From the IMG/VR virus record IMGVR_UViG_3300025867_000005: 64,000 nt of DNA. One strand, written 5' to 3'. A model generated the notes under the pieces. It was not told the DNA's origin, made no database searches, and saw nothing but the letters and a program-made list of their open reading frames with translations. Below, piece after piece: positions 36,603 to 48,035 of the stretch (within the stretch, counting starts at the first letter, position 1; the number at the start of each line of letters is the position of its first letter). The position numbers were made by a program, and so were the translations under genes. This DNA comes from a virus. Its lineage: Duplodnaviria; Caudoviricetes.

Positions 36603-36923
36603 ATGCACCATTCTTGTAATACGCTTGCCGCTGTCTATCATCTGAATAAGAAGGAATTCAAGGATTTCGCTTTGAAGAATATCAACAAGTATCATCTTGA
36701 CGTTGTTGACATGGATGCCGATGTTAAAGACATTTTCGTTTCTACATGGTTTGTCGATGACATTATCGAAGACTTTAAGAAGGTCTGTGAAGAATATCTG
36801 TTCGTCTTTGAAACTTCTAGCGGTAGGCATGAAGCCCATTTTTACGCTAGCAATAATGCTTCTGCAAAAGTTTCGGCAGAAATTTTCGCAAATGAAAACG
36901 GTTATACCTTTGTTGGACAATAA
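36603..36923 (+). CDS. hypothetical protein
   Basis: promoter 36551 plus RBS. Confidence 0.7.
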   Translation: MHHSCNTLAAVYHLNKKEFKDFALKNINKYHLDVVDMDADVKDIFVSTWFVDDIIEDFKKVCEEYLFVFETSSGRHEAHFYASNNASAKVSAEIFANENGYTFVGQ

Positions 36924-36938
36924 CCATTTAGGAGAAAC

Positions 36939-37349
36939 ATGGAGAACAAGCCATTAAGTGTTGAAACTGCAAACCGTATCTTTGACATTCTTGTGTCGGA
37001 ATGTGGTGCATCTGAAACTATGCGGGATGATTTTATCTCCACAGAGACAACGGAAATCTGTAGTGAGTTCAGGTTCTGTGGAAATCTTGGTTTCGGAGGA
37101 AAGTTCTGGAACACCAATGGCAAACTGTATGTCAATTGCTACCCTGAGGACGAGACCCCTGAACGGGCTTGTATTATCGGCATTGCTAACGCAAAGCTTG
37201 CCCGGTTGCTGAAAGGGACAAAAATCACGTTGCAGATGCCTGTAGAAGCGGCAGAAAAGATTTTGAAGGGATGGCGGGAACGAGATCCAGTCCTTTTGGA
37301 TATGTTGAAGGAATTCGGAGTAAAGGAGATTACAGGGCATGAAGGTTGA
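36939..37349 (+). CDS. conserved phage hypothetical protein
   Basis: EFRFCGNLGFGGKFW..CYPEDETPER. Confidence 0.75.
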   Translation: MENKPLSVETANRIFDILVSECGASETMRDDFISTETTEICSEFRFCGNLGFGGKFWNTNGKLYVNCYPEDETPERACIIGIANAKLARLLKGTKITLQMPVEAAEKILKGWRERDPVLLDMLKEFGVKEITGHEG

Positions 37350-37552
37350 TTATGTCGCATTTTTGGGAATTTCTTGGTAGAAGCATGTCTTTCGGAATGT
37401 CGGAAGGAACTGTTACAGGATTCCGAGAATATGGCGCGATTTGTGTAACAGGAATATAGTCAATGTGTTATATTTTTAACCTTGGACTATTGACAAATCG
37501 AATCTGATATGTTATCTTTGTCTTGTTCTTAAACCGAATAAGGAAAACAGAC

Positions 37553-37834
37553 ATGGACTTAAAAACCGCTTTCAATCACTTCAGACAGATCCTCGAAAAG
37601 ACAGCCGATATCAGCATTCCCAAAGGAATCGGAGGAATGTGGACCCCGGATGCTAAAGAAACTAACGGGGACTTGATTCGGTTTACTTATGCCGGAGGTT
37701 ATGAACAACATATCTTTTCCAACAAGTTCAATTTTGCGATTATAAACACAGAAGGCATGGACGGTGAAGTCATTACCCTTCATGGCAAAGAAGAAGATGT
37801 TGAAGCCTGCTTAGAATTCTATGGAGTGGAATGA
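37553..37834 (+). CDS. hypothetical protein
   Basis: promoter 37490 plus RBS. Confidence 0.65.
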   Translation: MDLKTAFNHFRQILEKTADISIPKGIGGMWTPDAKETNGDLIRFTYAGGYEQHIFSNKFNFAIINTEGMDGEVITLHGKEEDVEACLEFYGVE

Positions 37835-38304
37835 AGATACTTTTTCTAGACATTGATGACGTGCTTAACCATTACGGGTGTGAAGACAAAATCAAACATG
37901 CGGACGGAAGTCCCTACTATGCCCCCGGAACGGACAAAGCCTATCGCGGGATAGATGATAACCGTTTGGAATTTCTCAAAGAAATCCTTTACAAAACAGG
38001 GTGCAAAATCGTCGTCTGTTCCTCTTGGCGGGATGATCCTGTTTGTATGGATTATCTAAAGAAACGTCTTGGTAAAGACGCAGATCGTATTATAGGAAGT
38101 ACAGTCATTTCACAAGGCAAACTTTCTAGAGCTGATGAAATTAGAGATTGGCTTTCTAAAAATACTGATGTCGAAAAATTTGTTGTTCTTGATGACAGCG
38201 AGTGGAATGATTTGGAAGGTTTCGGAGACCGTTGGGTTAAACCTGAGACCTTTAAAGGTATGGATGAAACGCATATGGATGCGGTAATAAAGAAACTCTC
38301 TTAA
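37831..38304 (+). CDS. HAD phosphatase, Swiss-Army-Knife RNA-repair-like (HAD_SAK_2)
   Basis: ILFLDIDDVLN, IVVCSSWR, RADEIRDWL, FVVLDD. Confidence 0.82.
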   Translation: MKILFLDIDDVLNHYGCEDKIKHADGSPYYAPGTDKAYRGIDDNRLEFLKEILYKTGCKIVVCSSWRDDPVCMDYLKKRLGKDADRIIGSTVISQGKLSRADEIRDWLSKNTDVEKFVVLDDSEWNDLEGFGDRWVKPETFKGMDETHMDAVIKKLS

Positions 38305-38375
38305 ACCCCATTGACAGTAGAACATTTTTTAGTATCTTATTGTCATGGAAACAAAAACGGTGAAAGGAACAAATT

Positions 38376-39185
38376 GTGAAAAATGATGCTTTTGGGGATA
38401 GGATGAAGGCTTATGAAGCCGCGACAGAAATCAATCTGATGCCGGGCCTTCCGGTTGTGGCAAGAATTGACGGAAGAAGCTTCCACACCTTCACACGGGG
38501 TATGAAAAGACCTTATGATGAAGGCATGTCAAACATGATGATAGATACCGCAAGGCGTCTTGCGATTGAAACGAATCCCGTCATTGCCTATACACAGAGT
38601 GATGAAATTACACTGATTTGGTACGCAGAGGGGAAATCACAGATTTGGTTTAACGGCAGGCACAGTAAGATGGTTTCTAACCTTGCCAGTCTCGCGACTC
38701 TGTATTTCTATCAGAGTTGTATGTGGCATAAACCCGACTATTGCACGAAGAACCCAAGCTTCGATTGTCGTGTATTCGGTGTCCCTACTAAGCAGGAAGC
38801 TTGCAACTGCCTGATCTGGAGAGAACAGGATGCGACGAAGAATGCCGTATCGATGTCGGCAAGGGCGTATTACAGCGACAAGGAATGTCACGGCAAAAAC
38901 GGAAGAGAAAAGCAGGAAATGCTTTTTCAGAAGGGTGTCAATTTCAACGATTATCCCCGTTTCTTCCGTAGAGGAACAATCCTTGTACCGGTTACAAAGA
39001 CGCACGGACGGGATGAATTGGATCTTTCTAAGCTGGGTCCGAAGCATCCTGCAAAGAACAATCCTAATTTCACCTTCGAACGGACGGAATGGGAATCTGT
39101 CGATTGGCCGGTTTTGACAAAGATCAGTAATCTCGTAGATATCATTTTTGACGGAGCGGTTCCGTGTACGAAAGCAAGCAAGTAA
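38376..39185 (+). CDS. tRNA(His) guanylyltransferase Thg1-like protein (3'-5' polymerase)
   Basis: GDRMKAYE, RIDGRSFHTFT, YTQSDEITL, FDCRVF, WREQDATKN. Confidence 0.92.
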   Translation: MKNDAFGDRMKAYEAATEINLMPGLPVVARIDGRSFHTFTRGMKRPYDEGMSNMMIDTARRLAIETNPVIAYTQSDEITLIWYAEGKSQIWFNGRHSKMVSNLASLATLYFYQSCMWHKPDYCTKNPSFDCRVFGVPTKQEACNCLIWREQDATKNAVSMSARAYYSDKECHGKNGREKQEMLFQKGVNFNDYPRFFRRGTILVPVTKTHGRDELDLSKLGPKHPAKNNPNFTFERTEWESVDWPVLTKISNLVDIIFDGAVPCTKASK

Positions 39186-39189
39186 GGGA

Positions 39190-40047
39190 ATGAATATGGA
39201 CAGATTTCAGCTTATGCAGACAGCGGACAATTTTTTGGCTAAATGTTTTCCAACTGTAGAAAAAACGGTTAGAAAACTCTGGTATAACCGTTTTCATTTT
39301 CAGGAACCACAAATGACGAAATGGGGTTTCAAAATGGCAGGAGAGAAGGAGATGATTGAGGCGAGGTATGAACCGCCCATTGAATCCTTCTTTGTCAAGT
39401 TGCTTCCACGCTTTGATATCTTTGTGAATATCGGGGCCAACATCGGATATTATTCTCTTTTGGCACGTCAACATGGAAAGAAAGTCATGGCTTTTGAACC
39501 CATGCCGGATAATCTAAAAATTTTCCTGCGGAATATCATGTCAAACACTGGCTTTGAAGACATCGAAGTCTTCCCGATTGCTTTGGCTGACAGGATCGGT
39601 GTGGTTGAAATTTTCGGCGGTGGAACCGGGGCCAGTCTTACTTCAGGATGGGCAGGTGTTAAGGATTACATGCGATCTTATGTCCCTGTTTCTACACTTG
39701 ATGGGACCATTGGGAACCGTCTAGGTGGGAAGAAGGCATTGATCATGGCAGATATGGAGGGGGCGGAATACAAGATGCTGTTAAAGGCAGAGAAGGCTTT
39801 AATCGCTAAGCCATACTGGATTATTGAAATCTCTGAATTGACGAAGCAAAACAGTGGAGAAAGGAACCCTAACACGAATAACATATTGCGTCTGTTTTGG
39901 GAAAAGGGATATCGAAGCTATGACATTGAAAAGGCTGTTGAAATTACACCTGACAATTTGGGCAAGCCATTCCCTCAGATGAATTCTTATCTCGGTAGCG
40001 GCAGCAACTTTTTCTTTTTCGACAAAGATGAGGAAATTCCTTCATGA
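39190..40047 (+). CDS. FkbM-family SAM-dependent methyltransferase
   Basis: VNIGANIGYYSL, AFEP, TLD, DMEGAE. Confidence 0.85.
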   Translation: MNMDRFQLMQTADNFLAKCFPTVEKTVRKLWYNRFHFQEPQMTKWGFKMAGEKEMIEARYEPPIESFFVKLLPRFDIFVNIGANIGYYSLLARQHGKKVMAFEPMPDNLKIFLRNIMSNTGFEDIEVFPIALADRIGVVEIFGGGTGASLTSGWAGVKDYMRSYVPVSTLDGTIGNRLGGKKALIMADMEGAEYKMLLKAEKALIAKPYWIIEISELTKQNSGERNPNTNNILRLFWEKGYRSYDIEKAVEITPDNLGKPFPQMNSYLGSGSNFFFFDKDEEIPS

Positions 40048-40397
40048 AAACTGATTATGATTACCTTCGTCCGACAGACAGACGGAAGAAGATGGATTTA
40101 GAACTTGTTTTTGCTGTGTTGCGGGAAACACAAGGATCATTTTACAATGTAATGTTCAATCCTTTTGAAGCCGGAACTCTAAGGCATGAACGCTTTGAAC
40201 GTCATTATAAAAGGGAACAGACGAAATGGGTTGACATGGAAGCCCGCTTTGCAGATCTTGCGGAAGTCTACGGAGAATTCCGTCCAGATAGGCTTGGAAT
40301 GATTCCTAAAAGATATCCATTCAATCTTCTTCCAGAAAACAAACAGAAGGAAGCTATCAGCCGGCTCATTGCAGAATCAGGAGTTTTAGAAGAATGA
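40044..40397 (+). CDS. hypothetical protein
   Basis: ATGA overlap. Confidence 0.7.
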   Translation: MKTDYDYLRPTDRRKKMDLELVFAVLRETQGSFYNVMFNPFEAGTLRHERFERHYKREQTKWVDMEARFADLAEVYGEFRPDRLGMIPKRYPFNLLPENKQKEAISRLIAESGVLEE

Positions 40398-40951
40398 AAA
40401 CAAGCGACACACCAAGATATTACTTCGGTTACGAAAATTCTCTTTTTATCGGACAGGACGGTGAAAATGATATATACCTGTGGTTTCAGTGGCACGACGG
40501 AAGGGGAGGAGATCTAGAGGGATATTATTCCAATCTCTTCCTCTTTGTGGACCGAGAAGTTTTTCGCGGTAGTCATTGTGAACAGCAGTTGTTGACTTAT
40601 GAATTTTTTCAAAACCCACAATCAGAAAAATTCATTGAAGTAATTGAATCTAGGGGTTGTGAAAGATACAAGAATGTGTTTTTCCTATCTCCGAAAAGGA
40701 TTAAAGAATTACTTTCGAAAAGCGGATACAAGAAGCTTCTAATCAAAGAAACACGTCAAAGGATTTGGGAAGACAGTGAAGTAATGATTGTTAAATCTGA
40801 GGACGAAGCAAAAGAAGAAGCTTCAAAAACAAGCTGTGTGGTAAGCATAGATTCGGTAGAAGAAATGGACTGGAATCTCTCCGATGTCTTTAAAATGCCC
40901 CATTTCACAAGTAAAAAGAGATTATCTGAATATTCAATTTATGGCTATTGA
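40394..40951 (+). CDS. hypothetical protein
   Basis: ATGA overlap. Confidence 0.7.
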   Translation: MKTSDTPRYYFGYENSLFIGQDGENDIYLWFQWHDGRGGDLEGYYSNLFLFVDREVFRGSHCEQQLLTYEFFQNPQSEKFIEVIESRGCERYKNVFFLSPKRIKELLSKSGYKKLLIKETRQRIWEDSEVMIVKSEDEAKEEASKTSCVVSIDSVEEMDWNLSDVFKMPHFTSKKRLSEYSIYGY

Positions 40952-41027
40952 CAATACGGAAATCTTTTGGTAATGTATCGGTATTGAAAGCAACCAAAGG
41001 GATTAACATCCTTGAAAGGAAACCGAT

Positions 41028-41459
41028 ATGAAAAAGATTCAGCCACGCATCATCGTCAGTCAAGAGTGGATCAGCTTGGTTTTGAACAAACGCCGTCTTA
41101 CCTGTAGCTATGGCGGTGTGAAGGCTGGTAGCGGTATCCCCAAGCACGTTTTTGACAAGTGGCACAAGGCCGTCATGTTATTTGACGAGGATACCATTAA
41201 GGAACTCGGAGTCGAGCCTGAAGGCGCAACAGTCCTTCCTATCGTGGAGGCTTTTGCCAAGAACATCGATACGATTTGGCCGGAGTGGAATCAAGAAATT
41301 ATTCTTCCCAAACCTGATGAAATTGTCAAGGTCTTCATGGGCAAGCGCCGTGGCAATGTTGATGCCAAGGTTATTTCTTCCAAGGGCAATTATGTCACTT
41401 GCATCTTCCTTGATGACCATGAAACGCACCATGTCCATTTCGACATGATTGTGAAGTAA
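41028..41459 (+). CDS. hypothetical protein
   Basis: promoter 40948 plus RBS. Confidence 0.7.
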   Translation: MKKIQPRIIVSQEWISLVLNKRRLTCSYGGVKAGSGIPKHVFDKWHKAVMLFDEDTIKELGVEPEGATVLPIVEAFAKNIDTIWPEWNQEIILPKPDEIVKVFMGKRRGNVDAKVISSKGNYVTCIFLDDHETHHVHFDMIVK

Positions 41460-41529
41460 ATTCCTTCACGGTATTGACAAGTCCCATTAAAAGTGATAAT
41501 CTGTCTTCATTCGAAGAAAGGAATTTCTT

Positions 41530-41772
41530 ATGTACAAAGGTAAGATTGGTAATCAGAACAAGGTTCTTCGTGGCGATTCAGATGTCAATGCCGGAGATAC
41601 CTTTTATGTCGAAGGGGATAGCACCGGTCGATTCATGGCTCTCCGATACACGCCACTCCCGGAATCCAGCAAGGAGCCGGCTTATAAGAACTTCGTGGTT
41701 CTTCATGTTGGAATGGTTGCGAAGTGTATTCATGCCGCCGAAACCAATACCGTTATTCCTTGGGTGAAGTAA
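41530..41772 (+). CDS. hypothetical protein
   Basis: promoter 41474 plus RBS. Confidence 0.65.
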   Translation: MYKGKIGNQNKVLRGDSDVNAGDTFYVEGDSTGRFMALRYTPLPESSKEPAYKNFVVLHVGMVAKCIHAAETNTVIPWVK

Positions 41773-41773
41773 A

Positions 41774-42085
41774 ATGAAACTTAGACTTAAAATTTCATCC
41801 ACTGACGCAAGAATGGCAGATTCAACGATTTCAGACATCTTGGATTACCTTGCTGGTATCGGTCTAAAGGATTCCGTAATCGGACCGATTCCTTTACCTG
41901 TCAGACTTTCAGGGAATGGTAAGCGTGGGATTGTAGCCGGATTCATGCCTGTCTATTCCCGTATTCTTGATGTTGAAATGGGGTCTGTAACAGATTTTGA
42001 AAAGCGGTCTGAACTACTTTTGGCTTTTCAGAAACTGTGTATTTCTAACCAAGTCGGAATCATGATGGAGGAAATCAAACGATGA
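41774..42085 (+). CDS. divergent ribosomal protein uS10/NusE homologue with shortened loop
   Basis: KLRLKISSTD..GPIPLPVR..SRILDV..LLAFQKL..VGI aligns with RIRIRLKAFD..GPIPLPTR..LRLVDI..VDALMRL..VDV. Confidence 0.75.
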   Translation: MKLRLKISSTDARMADSTISDILDYLAGIGLKDSVIGPIPLPVRLSGNGKRGIVAGFMPVYSRILDVEMGSVTDFEKRSELLLAFQKLCISNQVGIMMEEIKR

Positions 42086-42279
42086 AGTATAAATCTTGTG
42101 CGCAATGGAATAGTGCCGAAACCGGAATTGAATACAGTGAAGATTTTCATGCTTCTCCGGAAGCCGCAGAATCTGTTTGTCGAATGTTAAAAAGACAGGG
42201 TTTTGGTGGTCAAGGCAAGTTCTTCCCCGTCAGGACTTGGACAGAACCGTTTGCGGAATTCGATTACGAAAAGTCTTGA
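42082..42279 (+). CDS. hypothetical protein
   Basis: ATGA overlap, GGAGG RBS. Confidence 0.65.
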   Translation: MKYKSCAQWNSAETGIEYSEDFHASPEAAESVCRMLKRQGFGGQGKFFPVRTWTEPFAEFDYEKS

Positions 42280-42377
42280 AATTAAAGGATTCGATTTAGA
42301 AGTTTTTGAGAGGACATTCGAAAAGAACTGGGAATTTGTTTGTAAATACGTTGTATCATAATTGAAAGGAACAAAAA

Positions 42378-42611
42378 ATGGGACAGCATAAACGAGGGAC
42401 ATTCGAAGAGCGCAAACAGAAGGCTATTGAAAACAAAGCCAAACTTGAAAAAGAGACACTGGCTTTGGAAGAAGAGGCGAAGCGCAAGGCTCAGGAATGG
42501 TGGGCCGGACTTTCTGAAGAAGATCGTGAAAAGGAAATTCTGAAAGAAAAGAAATATCTTGAATTCCGACGGATGATGAATATGATTCTGCATCCGGCAA
42601 TGAGGCTTTAA
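42378..42611 (+). CDS. hypothetical coiled-coil protein
   Basis: MGQHKRGTFEERK; RBS. Confidence 0.65.
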   Translation: MGQHKRGTFEERKQKAIENKAKLEKETLALEEEAKRKAQEWWAGLSEEDREKEILKEKKYLEFRRMMNMILHPAMRL

Positions 42612-42614
42612 ACC

Positions 42615-42815
42615 ATGCCTACACAAGACCTGATACTCGGCGTGAAATACAGACATGATAAGTCTGATACCGTGATGAAAATCGAATCTGCAAGTGTGGA
42701 AGATCTTGATGACTGGATAACTCTAGTCAAACCAGAAGATTTCGCAAAAAGAGGATTTATACAAACGTGGAGAGGTACTTGTCAGGAATTCAGAGAAAAC
42801 TGGACGGAGGTTTAA
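42615..42815 (+). CDS. hypothetical protein
   Basis: packed ORF. Confidence 0.6.
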   Translation: MPTQDLILGVKYRHDKSDTVMKIESASVEDLDDWITLVKPEDFAKRGFIQTWRGTCQEFRENWTEV

Positions 42816-42816
42816 T

Positions 42817-43335
42817 ATGAATATTGATCTTACGGCGGTTTTACCGCCTTGGACAACTGGATATGCGGAAGGAGATTACACTAAAATCGGTGCTGTTCTT
42901 CCGACTAGGGATGGCAATCTTTTCGGGAATGCCGTTTTGATGTTCGAAGGCCAAAGCGGCATGTATGTAGACGGTGATTCAACAAGACCCGTGTCCGTTT
43001 ATACCATCATTACGGACGCAGGCAATTTGTCGGAACTGACACTTAGTGAATTGAAGGACGCCTTTCACCCTCCTATTTACATTACTGATATCAGGGATTG
43101 CCCGGCGTCAAGAGCTTACGAATACAAGAAGGGGATAATTGGCCAGCCACCCCGCGAAAAGGACATCAACAATGAACTCCTTGCGTCTTTGGAAGAGACA
43201 AGAAGGTTGCTTGGTCTTGTTACTTTTCTGTCAAGGAACTGTCATAATCATCCAGACAAAGAATCGGTTGACGGTATCAATGCCGTGCTCCGAAGAGCAA
43301 GAGAAGCTTGCGAATTAGCCCAAAAATCTCTTTAA
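42817..43335 (+). CDS. conserved phage hypothetical protein
   Basis: GAVLPTRDG..GNA..TDAGN. Confidence 0.7.
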   Translation: MNIDLTAVLPPWTTGYAEGDYTKIGAVLPTRDGNLFGNAVLMFEGQSGMYVDGDSTRPVSVYTIITDAGNLSELTLSELKDAFHPPIYITDIRDCPASRAYEYKKGIIGQPPREKDINNELLASLEETRRLLGLVTFLSRNCHNHPDKESVDGINAVLRRAREACELAQKSL

Positions 43336-43381
43336 TCCTAGTTGACAAACGGAATCGGTTTTGCTAATATCTTCAACATGA

Positions 43382-45334
<1,953 letters not shown>

Positions 45335-45349
45335 AGGATAGGTGAAATT

Positions 45350-45850
45350 ATGGATTGGAAATGGTTTATTGAACGTGCGGAAGAAATAAACGACCCTAAC
45401 GTAAAAGTCAGGATCTCTGTCGAAACAGAAAACGGATTTAGTAAATCTATGGATTTGACTGACTTTGTAGATTTCGTTTCTCAGTGTCAGAAAATCACAG
45501 ATTTTTCTAATCAAAACGGTCTCGATCCAAATACTTCTTTCGCAGATGCCGTAGGCTTGGGTATGGGGCTTATAAGGGAAAAGGCCTTTATTTCAAATAT
45601 CAAGAAGGGGTTGTCTTTAAAATACCCCGATCTCTATATTCGAATTGAATGGCATGAAGCCAATGAATACTTTATTGGTTTCTACGGATTTGAAGGAGAT
45701 GAAAAGGAAGTAGTGATCTTTTTGGACAATCTTCAGGAGACATTTGACAAAGACGAGAACTTTTATCTCTTGCCGTTTTTTCACACCTGCGAAGCTACCA
45801 AACGATATTATCCAAAATACGTCGGGAAAAAAGGCGTGGAAACTTTTTAG
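45350..45850 (+). CDS. hypothetical protein
   Basis: AGGTG RBS. Confidence 0.7.
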   Translation: MDWKWFIERAEEINDPNVKVRISVETENGFSKSMDLTDFVDFVSQCQKITDFSNQNGLDPNTSFADAVGLGMGLIREKAFISNIKKGLSLKYPDLYIRIEWHEANEYFIGFYGFEGDEKEVVIFLDNLQETFDKDENFYLLPFFHTCEATKRYYPKYVGKKGVETF

Positions 45851-45899
45851 TCAAGCGAGTAAACAACAGAAACAGTCAACGTTAACGAAAGGAATTAAA

Positions 45900-46142
45900 A
45901 TGAAAATTGTAGCCGGAAGGTACGGAGAAGAGGAAAAGGAAATTGGGTTTAATCGTGTTAGGTTCGTTACTCCTGACGGGCATGGGATGTTTGAAGTCAA
46001 AATCGGCGATGATGGTGTCTCTATTGAGATTAGAGGGATTGAAAGCAGTTTCGTAAACGGGACAGTGTATACAGACGCACTTAACATCGAGCCAAATTGT
46101 TCAAATGTCGTGACAATTCGCACAAAAAAGTATGAGGGATAA
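45900..46142 (+). CDS. hypothetical protein
   Basis: AAGGA RBS. Confidence 0.65.
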   Translation: MKIVAGRYGEEEKEIGFNRVRFVTPDGHGMFEVKIGDDGVSIEIRGIESSFVNGTVYTDALNIEPNCSNVVTIRTKKYEG

Positions 46143-46144
46143 AT

Positions 46145-46744
46145 ATGTATTTCAAGAATCTCGCAAGCAAAACCTATAACCCTGCTACCGATGATGTAAT
46201 TCGTGAAGAATTGGCATTCGCCGGTATCCCTCCTTATGACGGGTATGAAGAAGATTTCATACTCAATTTGACAGAGAAGTCAGAAGTTCAAACGAAAGTC
46301 ATTGCATTTTGGAACCTTTGGGAATTCCGCAGGGCTTGGAGATACTGGGTTTGTACTAGTAAATATGGTCTTCCTCTTGAATACGCCCTTCCTCTTCATC
46401 TTAATTTCGGAAGGGAAGTCAGGGTTGACGGAGATTGCGGTTGCCATAGTCCAGAAACCCGTATGGGATTTGGCATCACCTGTTATCACATTGACACTGC
46501 TGAAGGGTTGAAAGCCTTTGCAGATACCCTTAAGAAAATTGTAGAGGGTTCTAAATTTCCTAAAGTAATATGCGACGGCGAAGGAAAGAGGTATAACAGG
46601 ATTCATGTCAATGAAACCAACGGAAGCGCATCGTATGACAGTGATGGAACCGTTTTGGTGGTGAGTTACAGAAATACTGTTAGCGGAATCCGATATCTTG
46701 AAAAACATGGAGGCAGCGATACGCTTTTTGCTGTCGAACTTTAA
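46145..46744 (+). CDS. hypothetical protein
   Basis: WEFRRAWRYW..RVDGDCGC..YHIDTAEGL. Confidence 0.75.
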   Translation: MYFKNLASKTYNPATDDVIREELAFAGIPPYDGYEEDFILNLTEKSEVQTKVIAFWNLWEFRRAWRYWVCTSKYGLPLEYALPLHLNFGREVRVDGDCGCHSPETRMGFGITCYHIDTAEGLKAFADTLKKIVEGSKFPKVICDGEGKRYNRIHVNETNGSASYDSDGTVLVVSYRNTVSGIRYLEKHGGSDTLFAVEL

Positions 46745-46933
46745 ATGAATGAAACGATAAAGAACGAAGGATTCATATTCCGCATAGTTCAGAAATTCTA
46801 TGTCATGCCGCCAAAATGGAAGCCTGGGAAGCATGTATTCAATAGGGATTTATGTTTCCATCCTCATATAAGCGACTACCTTGACATTTAAAAGAGATTC
46901 TGGTAAGATAGGCGGCATTGAAAGGATTTTACT

Positions 46934-47410
46934 ATGCAGTATAGCGCAGGAGTTTTGGTTTACCGTTTGAATCAGGAATTTAAGCCCGAATTTCTTCTTG
47001 CACATCCGGGTGGCCCGTATTACGCAGGCACTGATGAAAATTCTTGGAGTATCCCCAAGGGTGGAATTAACGAAGGTGAAGATGTAGAAGTTTGCGCAAG
47101 GCGTGAATTCAATGAGGAAACCAGCTTCACGGCTCCAGACAGTCTTCAGTTTTTGGGCGCTTTTAAGGTTCATCACACAAAGATCGTCAATGTTTTCATG
47201 GGAAGCGGAGATTTTGAACTCAGCGGTTTCAAAAGCAATACGTTTGAAATGGACTATTGCGGAAGAGTTGTCAATATTCCTGAAATCGAAAAGGTTGAAT
47301 GGCTTTGCTATGAAGATGCCTTGAAGAAGGCCAATCACGGACAGAAGCAAATCATCAAAGCCGCCATGCAAGTTATCAAAGAAAGCATCGGGTATCTCTG
47401 GGGAGACTAA
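46934..47410 (+). CDS. NUDIX hydrolase
   Basis: SAGVL, LAHPGGPY, WSIPKG..ARREFNEET Nudix box; promoter 46881. Confidence 0.88.
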   Translation: MQYSAGVLVYRLNQEFKPEFLLAHPGGPYYAGTDENSWSIPKGGINEGEDVEVCARREFNEETSFTAPDSLQFLGAFKVHHTKIVNVFMGSGDFELSGFKSNTFEMDYCGRVVNIPEIEKVEWLCYEDALKKANHGQKQIIKAAMQVIKESIGYLWGD

Positions 47411-47607
47411 TGCAACCTTTAGGAAGACGGAAACAAAAACACTTCGTTGGAAAGATTAACCGCAGATTCGGAAAGAAGCTTCTGAATTGGTGGGAAAACA
47501 GCATCCTTCCTTTTAAGGTTAGGGACAAAAAAGAAGCGGATAAACGGATTTCAGAAGAACTTTCTGAAAATACTTTTGTTGACACTATTGACAATTCTGA
47601 CAAGTAG
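47410..47607 (+). CDS. hypothetical basic protein
   Basis: TAATG coupling. Confidence 0.55.
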   Translation: MQPLGRRKQKHFVGKINRRFGKKLLNWWENSILPFKVRDKKEADKRISEELSENTFVDTIDNSDK

Positions 47608-47659
47608 TGGTATAGTACCTGTATTGATGAACGGAAAACCGTTAACGAAGGAATTTGAA

Positions 47660-48031
47660 ATGAAAAAAATCAATACGGGTCTCGTCGGACAAGCAGCTTT
47701 CGTCGTGATGAACGATGTGATGGGTCAGTTGAGCGATGGTCTCTGGGAAAATTCCAGCTGTATGGAAAAGTATTGGAAGAATTCCAAGATCGAGATTGAC
47801 GATGGCGAAATCTTTATCAATGTCGGTGATTCTTTTAATTGCCCGTTTAATGACATGGCGGACAAAGAAGTCAAAGCTTGGTTTGCCAAGAAGATCAAGC
47901 AGGTTGTTAAGTATTTCGAACAGCCTTGGAAGCGGGATTGCAGGAATCAGGTGGACGGATTCTCTGATTCTCTTACCGTAGCGGACATCTACCGCGTTTA
48001 TGACACCCTTCTTGAGCGTAAGGCCCGGTAA
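47660..48031 (+). CDS. hypothetical protein
   Basis: promoter 47588; GQLSDGLWENS. Confidence 0.7.
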   Translation: MKKINTGLVGQAAFVVMNDVMGQLSDGLWENSSCMEKYWKNSKIEIDDGEIFINVGDSFNCPFNDMADKEVKAWFAKKIKQVVKYFEQPWKRDCRNQVDGFSDSLTVADIYRVYDTLLERKAR

Positions 48032-48035
48032 CAGA

